Below are positions 51,429-64,000 of a DNA stretch of 64,000 nt, piece by piece. A model generated the notes under the pieces. The model saw only the letters and a program-made list of their open reading frames with translations. It was not told the DNA's origin and made no database searches. Positions within the stretch are counted from its first letter, which is position 1; every line of letters starts with the position of its first letter. Source of the stretch: Haliotis rubra (Eukaryota); the NCBI RefSeq assembly GCF_003918875.1, contig NW_025767091.1, positions 1,364,001 to 1,428,000 of the forward strand. Reading direction: 5' to 3'. The position numbers and the translations under genes were made by a program.

Positions 51429-51864
51429 TAGAATCTGAACTTTACTGAGAATGTGAAATCCCAAATATAACATGCATTACAAATGCCTGTTTAACTTGAA
51501 CTATGTGGAAAAAAACCCACCCAAATATTCTGAAGCTCACCTGAATTTTCCTGGAACAATATAATGGATCATAAATGACAAATACAGAAACAGAGAGGAA
51601 TGGACAAAATTGAAATTTTCAATATGGCTGTGGTGGCAGCCATGTTTAAATGTGGAATTGTATGAGTTTTAGCAACAACGTGTTGGGGATCATCGATGCT
51701 GAGTGTCTGAAATATTCTCACTCATGTATGTTTTTGTGTGACAAAACTTAAATAACAGATATCTAATCATTGTCCAATCAGTCAGTTGTTCAAAAAGGTA
51801 CCAGGCAAAATCTGTCAATCTTCAACATATCATTTCCTTTCATTATGAAAAGAGTTTTAAAGTA

Positions 51865-52077
51865 GTGAGTGTCTTTAGTATTACGCTATATGGCAGCGAT
51901 CTGTAAATAATCGAGTCTGGACCAGACAATCCAGTGATCAACAACATGATCATCAATCTACGCAACTGAGATATGATGACATGTGTCAACCAAGTCTGAC
52001 CACCTGATCCAGGTAGTCACTTCTTACGGCAAGCATGGGTTACTGAAGAACAATTCTAACCCGGATCTTCACAGGTC
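51865..52077 (-). mobile_element. SINE family B with TSD
   Basis: TSD tttaaagtagtga. Confidence 0.88.
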
Positions 52078-52129
52078 TTTTAAAGTAGTGACACAAGCGT
52101 GCAATATCTAAAAACCTAATGTGTAAAAA

Positions 52130-54580
52130 TAGTGCAATGGCTTTGGTCCGATTTTGAAGTTCTAAATGGACTAAAGCATGAAACTTTGCAAAGTTCTAGG
52201 GAACATCATGATAAAACATATTTTTGGTTGTGCCCAATTTTGGGGCCTATCTTGCTGAAGAACTATAAAAAATCTTCATTTGTTGAATATGTGAGATATA
52301 TTCGCCGTTCAAAGGGCTATTTCTAATACTTTCAAGAAATGTAACAAACAAGATTTATGTTTAGCAGTAAAAGATATAATTCATCATACAATTAATGAAA
52401 AAGTTACTGTTTTGATCAGTCACATGATATCATTTTGTCAAACATCGATCCTTGTGATTTTGAAGTCTCCTTTAACAGTTCCCATTGCAGTTACAGAGCG
52501 ATGTGTATAGAAGTTGGGAAGATTTATAAATGCACTTCTTTGAGCATAGAGGTTGAGACTTACAGCCACATTTGATAAGTTCTCGACAACCTCGTGAAGC
52601 TTCTGGCAGTGTCATCCACACCGTCACCATGAGTTGTCGTCCCTTGTCCAACCAAACAAATCTGGCACTGGTGGTTTCTGTTAAACAAGTTAGCCATTTG
52701 CTGACCTGTTACCAGCTCCTGTTTGTGTGCTGTAGCACATCATCCTGAGTGAGAGGAAGGTACTGCATCAGATGACCTTTCGGCTGTGGCAGAACATCTC
52801 TTGTCACAGTTCGTTGACTATGTTCACTGATGTAGTGCTGTCAGACATGATGCATGTGAATCACTCAAGTGATGAAAACACTCCTGAGTCTTTGTCCACA
52901 GGTTGGAATGGATGCTGTGCAGGAAAAGGAAATCTCTCAGTCACATCCTCATAGGATATCCAAGTCTTCCAAGCAGTTTCTTGCCTTTTCCACTGAACTG
53001 TGATGTGTTAGAACCAGTGAATGCGTGGAAAAAGGGAAGCGCCATTCATCTTCAACAGCCAAGATCTTGGAATATTCTGTTGATGTGATACTATCTGAAC
53101 TTTTTCTTTTCCAAATGGCACCCACAGTTGAACAGCAGACTTCAGTTCAACCAGTTTGGACAACAACAACTGTGTCAACAGTGCTAACCATGATGTTTGT
53201 AGCACCTTCTTGCAAAGCACCTTTGACAAGAAGGCAGATTCTGGTATCCGCTACTTCCTGATCAGTGCACTGCATATCCTCTTCTTCACTTCCTACTGTG
53301 AACACAACCGCTGCTGGTTGGTAAGAGCTGCTAGACACACTCTGTTATGAATGCAAAGATTTCTTCTTTGTCCCTTTGATTCTTTTAGAAAAGAAGCTCC
53401 ACAGCTGCTTTGTAGATGTCCCAAACACCACCTCTATGCGGTGCATGTTGCTGTCAGGAACAGTTGGTGATGCAAGTATTTGCAGTTTGGTAAGTTTTCC
53501 ATGAGATATGGATGGTGCTAGTGAGAAAAGAATTGATTTAAATCACACCATCTGTTATGAATGCAATTCTTCAGGTCATTTCTTCTTTTTGTCCTTTTTT
53601 TCTTGATTCTTTTGAACTGACTCTGAAAAAACATCCTTTTCAAACTTCTCATATTTGAAGCAAAGCTCGATCATGATGCTCATCAGGTAGGTTTTCCAGG
53701 AGTATGATGCAACTGTGAAACATTTCTTCTACTGCCTTTTCTTGCACTTTTCTTGTTTCAAACTCTTGTTCTTGCTTGTTCCTGGTTCAGTTATCATCCA
53801 TCTAGTTAAGGAAACATTTTCTGTTAATCCAACTGCACCATCTGAGTGTTTTACAACTTTGCTGTTTTGTTCATGAGCTTGATCAAAAAGTATGGCAGAA
53901 AATGTTTTGATGCTTTGTAAGGACTCTCTTCTATCAACAGGAAGGGCTTTCATACCTCTGATGTGAACTGAATGCATAGAATGGACAAGACCTCCAAGCA
54001 TGACAGTGTTCACCAAACACATTAGGCCATCTCCATTGAACATATTTTATTAGCGCAAGAAGTGGTTGGTCTACAGCCAGGACTGGGACCTGTCCTGGAT
54101 TGCAATGTACTATGACTGTCTTGATGATAGACATACCATGCCTAACCATGGTAAGACTTCCTGCTTTGTCCTTAAAGAGAGGAAGGAGATAACTTATTTC
54201 TGCTGCAACCTGTTCCTGGGATTAATGAGAAGCATTCTAGGTGGACTTCACCACTGACTTTTGGTGGCCATCTTGGATTTGGGGGAAAATAGGCCCAAAA
54301 GATTGGACACATCCCAAAAATATGTTTTATCATGATGTTCCCTAGCACTGTACGAGGTTTTCTGCTATAATCCAGTGGGGGAAAGTCATATAGTGTTAGA
54401 ATTGGAAATCCTTGATTTATGGTGGCCATCTTGGATGCCATTAAGGATTTTTAGGAAAACAGGCCAAAAAATACAGGCACACCCCCAAAAATATGTTTTA
54501 TCATGATATTCCCCAGCACTTTGCAAAGTTTCATGCTTTAGTCCGCAAAGTATCTATTTTTCCCCTTAGCCACTGCACTA
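52130..54580 (-). mobile_element. Academ-type DNA transposon (XPG/PIN-nuclease type), decayed and internally deleted
   Basis: Termini tagtgca.tggct / agcca.tgcacta, imperfect ~120-bp TIRs, aaa flanks. Remnant motifs PGQVPVLAVDQPL, MLGGL, DQAHEQN, EVADTRI, LPFFHAFTG, FSGKGK and ELIKCGCK..C. Confidence 0.8.
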
Positions 54581-55631
54581 AAAGACATGCGTAACAATGT
54601 GTAAATATTTATTGTCAGTTTGCTTATACATATTATACCTGAAATGAAGGCATTGTTAAAACTCCACATACATGTGAACTTGATTCCAAGTTCTGTATGG
54701 CTTTGTCAGAGAGAATTAAAAAGAAAATGAAACTCAAAAATAACAAAATCTTTAAACCTCATGTGTAGCAAGCATTATCTTCTGTTGTTCAAACAGTTTT
54801 CTGGCTTGTGGAAAGGAAAGCAAACAGCATTTACTATGTTCCAGTGTCATGTAATATTATACATCAGGACAAACATGGACCAAGTCTTTTCTTATCATCC
54901 TTCTGATACTGAGTAACGTCAACAAATATTTAATCACAACATAATAATATACCGAAACCTCCTCTCAGTTTCACACACTTCAAGCCAATACACACACGAC
55001 AGATATTTTAGAAATATGATCAGTCCATGTCATGCATATGGAGTTACTGTGACATGATATACACCTTTATCACATGCCTGACAGTAAGATAACTCATTCC
55101 ATCAGGGTAGTATATCCCCTCTTTCTCTGTTGGTGATTATCAGCTGTTATACACTAAGGTGCACTATGTCCAGCGTTTCACCAGCTGGTATTTATTCATG
55201 ATCCAAGCATGGGCAACTTGCCGAGGTTGGTCAATTCAATTCAGACTGAGACAAACCCAGGGTGGCACCCTTCTGTGGACGATAAGGACTTCAGCACTCA
55301 CACACCCTCAAGGAAGGTGCTATACATATCATTACTCAGAAGAGGTGTGATAACAGATATTGAAACTTTCCGGAAACAATGTATCATCAAACAATTCAAA
55401 TTCAGTTAGCTTGGCAATTTTGTTTTATGCAGGGTCAGAAATATCCCCCTGTTGTTAAGGTCCCCTGTTAGTGATTAAGTCTGGCCAGGTAAACTGTCTC
55501 AAGACGACACACAGGTGAAATCAAACTGTCTGATCCCTGGTCATGTAGTTCATATTAAGTATCATACAGGTATGTCATGAGAAAACAGATGCTACCCTAG
55601 GAGTATTAGATTGAATATTCTTTCCAAGCCC

Positions 55632-55848
55632 AGACCTGTGAAGATCTGGGTTAGAATTGATCTTCAGAAGCCCATGCTTGGGCTGACAAACGGGATTGGG
55701 TCATGTCATGTTATCATATCCCAACTGCGTAGATCAATACTGATGCTGTTGATCACTGGATTGTCTGGTCCAGACTTGATTATTTACAGACCGCCGCCAT
55801 ATAGCTGGAATATAGCTGAGTGTTGCGTAAAACTAAACTCACTCACTT
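55632..55848 (+). mobile_element. SINE family B (internally deleted)
   Basis: Consensus head and tail present. Confidence 0.85.
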
Positions 55849-56184
55849 ACCAAGCACCAACTGAATGATCTGCTGGTGAACAAATGTAGAGAGTGTACAT
55901 ATGTTCTATTCCTATCTAAAGGTATGTGACTGGACCATAGGAATCAATGGTTACATTTAATATGGTCACTAAAGATAATGAATCAAGGAATAAACAACAG
56001 ACACTTAAACAAAAAGTATTTTATGATTCTCACTTGCAGCCCTTTTTCTTTGTTTATGTCTTTTATAAAAAACAATAATAATAATAGTAATCCTGAAATG
56101 TACAGTACCGGATCCATAAATAAGCATGCTAAAAGCATTATATAAAAAATATTCACAAGCATTACATAAAAAAAATTACAGGTT

Positions 56185-56830
56185 ACAGGTTACAGGCTAA
56201 AACTGCCTTGTTCAATGTGCGATAGCCAACGTTTAGAACATTTTTACAAAATTTTGAAGGTACTTTTTCTATTCCATGACGGATAACAGTTCCCCAAATT
56301 TCTGCTCCATATAATAATATAGGTTGGATTTTACAGTCAAAAATTTTGAAAAATATATCAGGCGGAATTGTTTTATATCTGTACATGAATTTCTTAAAAG
56401 GAAATAAGGCTTCCTCTGCTTGCTTACACAAAACATCACAAGCTTTTGTGAATACATTTCTACAGGATAACGTTCATCCCAGATACTTGTAATAGGAGGC
56501 AGTTTCTAGTTTCTCTGTTCCAATAGACCATTTTTCTCTTTCTGCTATTCTACCACCCTTTTTAAAAACTATGACCTTTGTCTTATTTGTATTAATTGAC
56601 AATCCCCATTTCGTACAATACTGTTCTAAGATATCTATCTTTTTCTGTAGGTTCACGACGCTGTCTCCAAATATAGCGACATCATCCGCAAACAGAAGAA
56701 TTGACAGTGCATTTATAGTCTCATCAATAAAAGCACCACTATAGTCTCTATTTATAATGTCGTTAACTAATTCATCAATGTACATAATAAATAGGACTGG
56801 AGATAAGATACAACCTTATCGTACTCCAGT
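56185..56830 (-). mobile_element. Non-LTR retrotransposon reverse transcriptase fragment (RTE/RTEX-like)
   Basis: GVR*GCILSPVLF, LLFADD, GLSINTNKTK, YKYLG*, PILLYGAEIWG; in-frame stops. Confidence 0.92.
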
Positions 56831-56969
56831 ACATAAAAAATATTCATACATATAATGTCAGTCTTATATATACCAAACAAAGATATGTACAACAAGGTCC
56901 ACGAGTATAGGATATATGGCCAAGGCTGTGATGACTAGTGATTGTAGTTTGACTGAACTGAATGTGTAT

Positions 56970-57285
56970 TAGTCCAGACGCAGTTTTATTTCTTGTTTTA
57001 CTGATCCGCCGGTCCTATTTTTTCAAGAATAAGAAAAAATAATTAAATTAATTTTCCCCGCTCAAAAAATAAATCCTAATGTTTTTCTTGGCCCAAAAAT
57101 GGAAACTTACAATAAATTTATTTTTATTGTTTTTTGTTTTTTTCCCATATACACTTCAGAAATAGTAAAATACTTTTAATATTCAGAAAGAATATTACTT
57201 TGGTGATTTGATTTGATTTCCGTCCTGCCTTTAGGTTTTCTGAGGACAAAAATCCATAAAACAAGAAATAAAATTGGTCTGGCCT
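56970..57285. mobile_element. Probable MITE
   Basis: Inverted ends agtccagac..ttttatttcttgtttta / taaaacaagaaataaaattggtctggcct, followed by taa. Confidence 0.6.
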
Positions 57286-58479
57286 TAAGTCAATATAATA
57301 CCTCTCCAGATCTTCCCCAGTCCATCAGTTGAAGAGATAATAACATCAACAGGAAGCATCTTAAAACACTTCAAGCAGTTTTCAAAAACTAATTCAACCA
57401 CCAGCTTCCTTCTTTTGACCTCTAAATCTGATAAACTAATGCTTCATTTGCAGCATGTGTCATCCCAACCTGTTTTTCCCATTACTTTCTGGAGCTAACT
57501 AGCATGATTTATTGCTGAAAAGATTATCCGATACAGGTTTCCTTACAACTTATGATATATCCATCCACATAAACCATATGTGACTGCACAGATACAATGA
57601 TAACAATCACAAGCTTGGCTGCATATAGTATCTGAGTACCTGGTACTCAGGTGGGTATTTCCATTTTCATTCATTAGTCAGAAAAAAAAATAACACACCC
57701 ACACACACACACATGCATGCATGCACACACGCACAAATGCATGCACACTGAGACAGAACATTGTATCAAACATATAATTTTCGAAATCAGTATGCATGAT
57801 ACGTTTTCACTACTAAAATTTAATGTCTATTGGGGTCAAGTCATCTATGGTGTTGCAATTTGCTACCCAGAGTTGCATCCCCTTGGTGTGTCAGGAAAAT
57901 GTGACCTTTGAATCCCACATTATCCTGATTCAACTGGTATGTTTGACTGGTAGCTTTACCACTGTAAGTGTAATAATCGCACTTTCACCCGTACTATTAT
58001 ACTCTCCTGTAAATTGAAAAATAATGAATAATTTTTTCTCTGATGATACATCTATGTATCTAAATGGGATCCCTATCTTTCGACTCTAGAAAAGCGTTAG
58101 CAAAACCTTACCTCAAACCCATCCATTCCTCATGAAATGACGTTAGTGCCAAATCAGGTTTTGCACATGCAGTCAATCACGTGGATTTCGTGATCGACTT
58201 TCTTCATTCAACTTTTGCACTTGGCCTCAACAAAGCAAATGCGAGGACACAAATATCCCCCATTCTGCCGGGACTTGTGTTGATGTTACACACAAGACGT
58301 CAAATGGCTAGCTTGTCCCGTTGTCATGTTGCGAGGCGATGGAGTTATTGACGTCGCTAAAGAGCAATGATCCGCCATAACATGACTTGAGTTCTGTCTA
58401 GAAGAAACGATTTAAGATCTAGCAGGGGAAGAGGTTTAGTTTTCTCAAAGCATACAGGAAATTACCGAGGCCTCACAGA

Positions 58480-59377
58480 CCATTCGCGGGTTAATGATCA
58501 CATTCTCGAAACAACGCCAATATTGCTGATTTCATCAACATAAATCTGATTGCCTCCAATCCGATGGACCCAGAGAGACTTGAATCGAGCCACACCGATG
58601 AATCCAGGTTTACCCTCAGATTCGCGGACGGCAGGCATAGAGTCTGGAGAAGGCGTAACGTCTGTGAACGGTATGCCCAATGTTGTGTACTGGAAGTCGA
58701 CAGATTCGGGGCGGAAGTTGCATGGTGTGGGATGCTTGCTGTGGCAACTACCGCCCCGACTTCTGGTCATCCGTGGAAACCTCACAGCTGCTGCTTACCG
58801 CGACCAGGTGCTCACCCCTGAACTCGCTCTTTCATGGCTGCTCATGGCCCAGGTCTACAGTTCCAGCATGATAATGCCGCGATACCGCGATGTTGACACG
58901 AAATTTCCTTCAAAACGCTGGAATCAACGATGGACTGGCTATCGGGTCCCCTGACCTTAATCCAATAGAGCACGCTTGGGATGCACTTGGGAAAAGGCTT
59001 CGTGGTCTTAGGAATCAACCTCAGAATTTGCAGGAACTTGGCTGCCTTGCAAGAGCAATGGCGCAGAATCCCCAACCACGATGTTCACAAGCATCAGGCA
59101 GTCAATGAGGAGACGGTGTTTGGCAGTGGTGAATGCCCGCCATACCGCATTTTGAACTGAGAAATTTCGCATGTTTATTCTTGTGACTTGACATTCTGTA
59201 TACCCATGTTTTGGAACGGCCGTGTAGCCTAATGGAACTGATTATGGCACTGTCAGTGTATCGAGTACATCACACAGATCTCAGCAATGAAATAATAACA
59301 ATTTAACCATCTTACCATCTCTTGTTCTTTTATAGTGCCCTGGAGAAAGAATGTGAAGTTTCTTTTTTGACTCAGTA
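58480..59377 (+). mobile_element. Tc1/mariner transposon remnant (DD34E-type)
   Basis: TDESRF, RVWRR, GNLTAAAYRDQVL, FQHDNA and SPDLNPIEHAW in shifted frames; right end ...ttttttgactcag-TA. Confidence 0.92.
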
Positions 59378-60545
59378 TAGTTAAAGTATGAGGACGCTTT
59401 GTAAGATGCCAAATATAATACTTTCTAAGGATAATTACGATTAATTTAAGGCAGAAAACAAACGACGGTGTCGCTGACCTAAATTAAAGGTCACATGCAA
59501 CCAAAAATCAAACAACAGGCAGGCAGACAGGGCTTTGAGTTTTGCATGCTGTTCTATATCATTGATGTGTCTGCCCCCTAGAAAGTGACTCGGTAAGAAG
59601 AGCGTGTTAAGAAATTATATAAACAGTTAACGCTTCCAGAAAAAAAAAAAAATGATAACAGTTTGATGATGGTTTACGTTCGGATTAAATATCTTCTCTG
59701 AATTATTTTAATTATATCTGTCATTAACGCAAACCATATGGGGCAATATGAACGTCGCATTTCTACTACCAACGTAAGTTTAGATCAGTACATCCAGATG
59801 AAGCTGAGTAGTCAAGCAACATTCCAGGAAGCATTGTGGGAATGTAAACATTGCGAACAATACCATGTCGCTGAAAACTTGTGAGTCGAATTGACACATT
59901 TTAATCGTCGTAAAACATAAACGCAATGTTTCCACCAGTGATGTTAGCTGCGTGAAGCAACTGCAAACCAAGAAACGGAATGCAACGGAATAGTTTACTG
60001 TAGGAGGCCGTAAGAGGCGATGACAACTGACATGCATTGTGACGTCGCTTACATTGTGACGTAATGTAAAATGGTTCGATTATGAGGGGGCACACTAGAA
60101 TGGCGCAGTGACGGGATAACGTCATTCAATTGTTACGTCATCAAAAAACTAAACCTTTATTGTCTGATAATGTTTGTTTTTGAGTGTTCTAACCGCTAGG
60201 CATCTTAAAAAACACTATACCATTGCTTGCTGGTTTCACCAGAGAGGTAAATGTCTCAGACATTCATCACTTCAGGCTCTTCTCGGAGTCCTCCATGTCA
60301 GTCTGACACCCTACGATATAACTGACATGATTCTAAAAGTGGTTGTTAAATCACACTAACTCACACTACTATAACCTGTCCTGTGCTGGTGAGCTATGAC
60401 ATTAAGAAACCATAGTGAAGACTGACTTATTTTCAAGCAACACAATGAAATTCACAAAAGTCACAAACATGTCACTTATTATAGAAAAAGTCACAGAGTT
60501 GTCTCTATCAAAGTGACAAGCGAGACTCAAGAGGAGGAGGGTCAG

Positions 60546-60703
60546 NNNNNNNNNNNNNNNNNNNNNNNNNNNNNNNNNNNNNNNNNNNNNNNNNNNNNNN
60601 NNNNNNNNNNNNNNNNNNNNNNNNNNNNNNNNNNNNNNNNNNNNNNNNNNNNNNNNNNNNNNNNNNNNNNNNNNNNNNNNNNNNNNNNNNNNNNNNNNNN
60701 NNN
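60546..60703. other. Assembly gap
   Basis: Run of N. Confidence 1.
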
Positions 60704-62094
60704 TTTTGGGTCACTGAGTTATGTACTCGCTTCCACTCATCTCAATTGGGTATCCTAATTTTCCTTTGAGTAACCAAATAAATTGTACCCACCTCACTCA
60801 AACTCAATTGGGTATTTTGCCATTTTTCAATAATTGTAAAAATGTGATAAAGTTCCAATGTTGATTTACGTGTTTGCTATTTATATTTGATCTGTGATAA
60901 GACAAACAATAAGGAAGACTGCAATTTGCCAAGTTCATGTGTTGAAATAGAACCTCTCAATATATATATATTTCTCAGTTATTTATCTATCCACCAGAAC
61001 ACAAGCTAAGATTTGACATTTTTGTGTGTATGCATGTAAGATCAAATTTGTTGAGTATTTACAAAAATTCAAGCGTACTTGTAAGCAATAGACTTTGTAG
61101 GAATTGAATTTACACATAAATATTTGCGTAATTTACTCAGCTTATCTATACCTCTGAATGAGTGAGTGAGGTCAAACATATTTTCAATACCTGTACAACT
61201 TGGACAAACCCAAGGGACACAACTCTGAACATAAAACTGTGACACCTGACAAATCGACTAACTATCCGTGAGTGAACTACTTGTGACAATTTGACTCACT
61301 TTACATCACCTCACTACACATTCACATGTGATTTCATCTCAGGCCAGAGATGTACAAGCCTATGTATAATCTCAGTATCCTGAAGGAATCAAATATTATG
61401 TTACCACATGAGACATTGACAAGTCTGAATACTACAATAAACAACAGCAGGGCAGTAATAGATATACCCGGTACACACCGGCTATATTCATTCTTACAGA
61501 CAATGGACAATCAACCATCCACGAATTTAACTGAATTATATTCTCATGATGTCAAAAAGGAAACCTGTACAGGTATATGAACACATAAATAGACGTACCT
61601 TCATTCTGAACTGACAGGTGTCAGCAAACCTCCAGTACATGATAATCCCTTGATATATATATATATATTTATACCCCAGTGCACCTCACAACCTGGAATG
61701 TCCAGGTGATATATGACGTGTTATAGCCCGGTGGGTACTTACCAGTATCACTAGTGTAGATCCACACTTTCAGTTGGGATAGTATGTGTGTAACACCAGA
61801 TATATTGGTTCATTCACAACACAGGATCACACTGTACGTCCACAACCTTGGTATTATTCAACCAGCAATGCCCTTAACGACCTAACAGGACATTTGTATA
61901 TGTCGCTTTCTGCATTTATTTATAATATTTAACTCAGAAAGGACAAAAGAGAACTCATTCAAGCTCATCTTGACAAGTGAAATGACTTTTATACTGTTTT
62001 CAGCCCATATTTACATTTATTGTAAAAAAAGATGACAAGCTCCAAGCAATGGCCAAACCTGATAGCAGCATAATGAACCCCTCACATTACAATA

Positions 62095-62267
62095 AGGGGG
62101 CTGTAGGGTAGCCTAGTGTTTAAAGCTTTCACTCGTCACACAGAAGACCTGGGTTCGATTCCACACATGGGTACAGTGTGTGAAGCCCATTTCTGGTGTC
62201 CCACACCATGATATTGCTGGAATATTGCTAAAAAGCAGCATAATACTAAACTCACTCACTCACTCAC
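62095..62267 (+). mobile_element. SINE family A
   Basis: A box, B box ggttcgattcc, and the family tail. Confidence 0.9.
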
Positions 62268-62648
62268 AATCAGACTGAAACGTGTGAAATTGAGTTGAGG
62301 TGAAATGAAATAGGTTCAATACTGGATGAAAGATTATTTAAACATAAACATTTTAATAATGGAAATAAAGCTATGACTTGAAACTGCAAAGCCTTTGAAA
62401 TGACTTACATTTCAGGAGAATATCATAGTAAGTATGGCTTTACACCACTTTTATCAATAACTTTGTGGGGGGCTACACATTGACTTAACACATTGTAAAC
62501 TTATCTTAACTGCAAAACTTACACAGAAATGGCCATAACAACATAATCATCCTATTTTTCTACATTTAAAAACACAATGTTAATGGTACTGTTGCTTTGA
62601 CATCTGCACCTATAAACTGACTTACATTGGTTGTCTTTAGGACCCTGC

Positions 62649-63500
62649 TCATACTCCCTTTCTAATCAATGATCTAGACTGAAGCACATCAGCAAGCAAT
62701 ACACAGCTTTAAACATTTTATTGTCTATAATATGACCCTGTCTATAATGTGATCCCTTGCAGAAACCTTCAGAGTTACCTCATACACCCTTTCTAATCAA
62801 TGATCTGGAATGAAACACATCAGCCAGCAATACACAGCTTTAAACATTTTATTGTCTATAATATGACCCTGTCTATAATGTGATCCCCTGCAGAAACCTT
62901 CAGTGTTACCTCATACACCCTTTCTAATCAATGATCTAGACTGAAGCACATAGCAAGCAATACACAGCTTTAAACAGATTTACATTTATTGTCTGCAATA
63001 TGACCCTGTCTATAATGTGATCCCTTGCAGAAACCTTCAGTGTTACCTCATACACCCTTTCTAATCAATGATCTAGACTGAAACACATCAGCAAGCAATA
63101 CACAGCTTTAAACATTTTATTGTCTGCAATATGACCCTGTCTATAATGTGATCCCTTGCAGAAACCTTCAGTGTTACCTCATACACCCTTTCTAATCAAT
63201 GATCTAGACTGAAGCACATAGCAAGCAATACACAGCTTTAAACAGATTTACATTTATTGTCTGCAATATGACCCTGTCTATAATGTGATCCCTTGCAGAA
63301 ACCTTCAGTGTTACCTCATACACCCTTTCTAATCAATGATCTAGACTGAAGCACATAGCAAGCAATACACAGCTTTAAACAGATTTACATTTATTGTCTG
63401 CAATATGACCCTGTCTATAATGTGATCCCCTGCAGAAACCTTCAGTGTTACCTCATACACCCTTTCTAATCAATGATCTGGAATGAAACACAGCTTTAAA
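62649..63500. repeat. Tandem repeat, 131/137-bp units, ~6.3 copies
   Basis: Unit starts at 62649, 62780, 62911, 63048, 63179, 63316 and 63453. Confidence 0.95.
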
Positions 63501-64000
63501 GGATTCAACAAAAAATATGTTTGCCATTGGGTTTTTACTTTACTTGCAACAATAACATCAGAATATGGCACCATGCCGTTGACACGATGCAACCTTATAT
63601 AGCAGCCCTTAAAATAGACTGAGGCAATGGGTTGGAGCTTTAATGAAACAATGGAGTCATTTCCTGTATCAAAATTACCAATTAACTCAGTTTTAATTGT
63701 TGTGAATGTTGTAGGAAAATGACTAACTCCCTTCCTCACCATGATTCCTTTAAAACCACTTCTGCATCATACTGTAACTGACACACGCTGAGTCTGAGTC
63801 ACAGATCCATGACTGATCAATTCCTTTGTATGCCCAATGCCGTTTACAAAGTGGTCAAATTCAATATATGTTATTGTATCCTGAAAGGCAAAAGAAACGT
63901 CGTAATTTTGGAAATGACATTTAAGTATCAATGGAGTATTTGAACCTCTTTTTTTAAAATATACACTGGAAGTCAAGTTTGAGGAAAACATGAATCGTGG

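Noticed and set aside
59485-60130. Kolobok-like element starting ttaaaggtcacatgcaacc
   Set aside because: No matching right terminus found, so not called.
63470-63991. Minus-strand ORFs after a good acceptor near 63881
   Set aside because: Stops in all frames within a short distance and no recognisable homology; cannot be judged at the window edge.

Overview
AT-rich, CpG-poor animal genomic DNA with two assembly gaps (41723-41900, 60546-60703). The SINE content looks molluscan (gastropod/abalone-like; inferred, not proven). Most of the window appears to be introns at the 3' end of an unidentified minus-strand gene. Short GT-AG bounded exons are seen at 48567-48629, 38962-39027, 26840-26938 and 26091-26123 (all multiples of 3 and open in phase 0), with several candidate terminal exons (27215, 5702, 2654, 1296). 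These would give alternative C-termini rich in hydrophobic and Cys motifs; one has an in-frame TGA followed by a 40-codon protein-like extension. The introns carry: a 4-kb internally deleted Polinton/Maverick (adintovirus-like) element (31614-35575) with TIRs and remnants of integrase, penton-like and uncharacterised genes; an Academ-type DNA transposon with both termini (52130-54580); three copies of a ~180-190-bp TAG..CTA mini-element, two with 9-bp TSDs; Tc1/mariner and RTE-like LINE fragments; a decayed Penelope-type hammerhead ribozyme; two abundant SINE families with a shared tail; several MITEs; and about ten tandem arrays. Nearly all ORFs in the supplied track are spurious or repeat-derived. 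No database search was possible, so family calls rest on recognised motifs.
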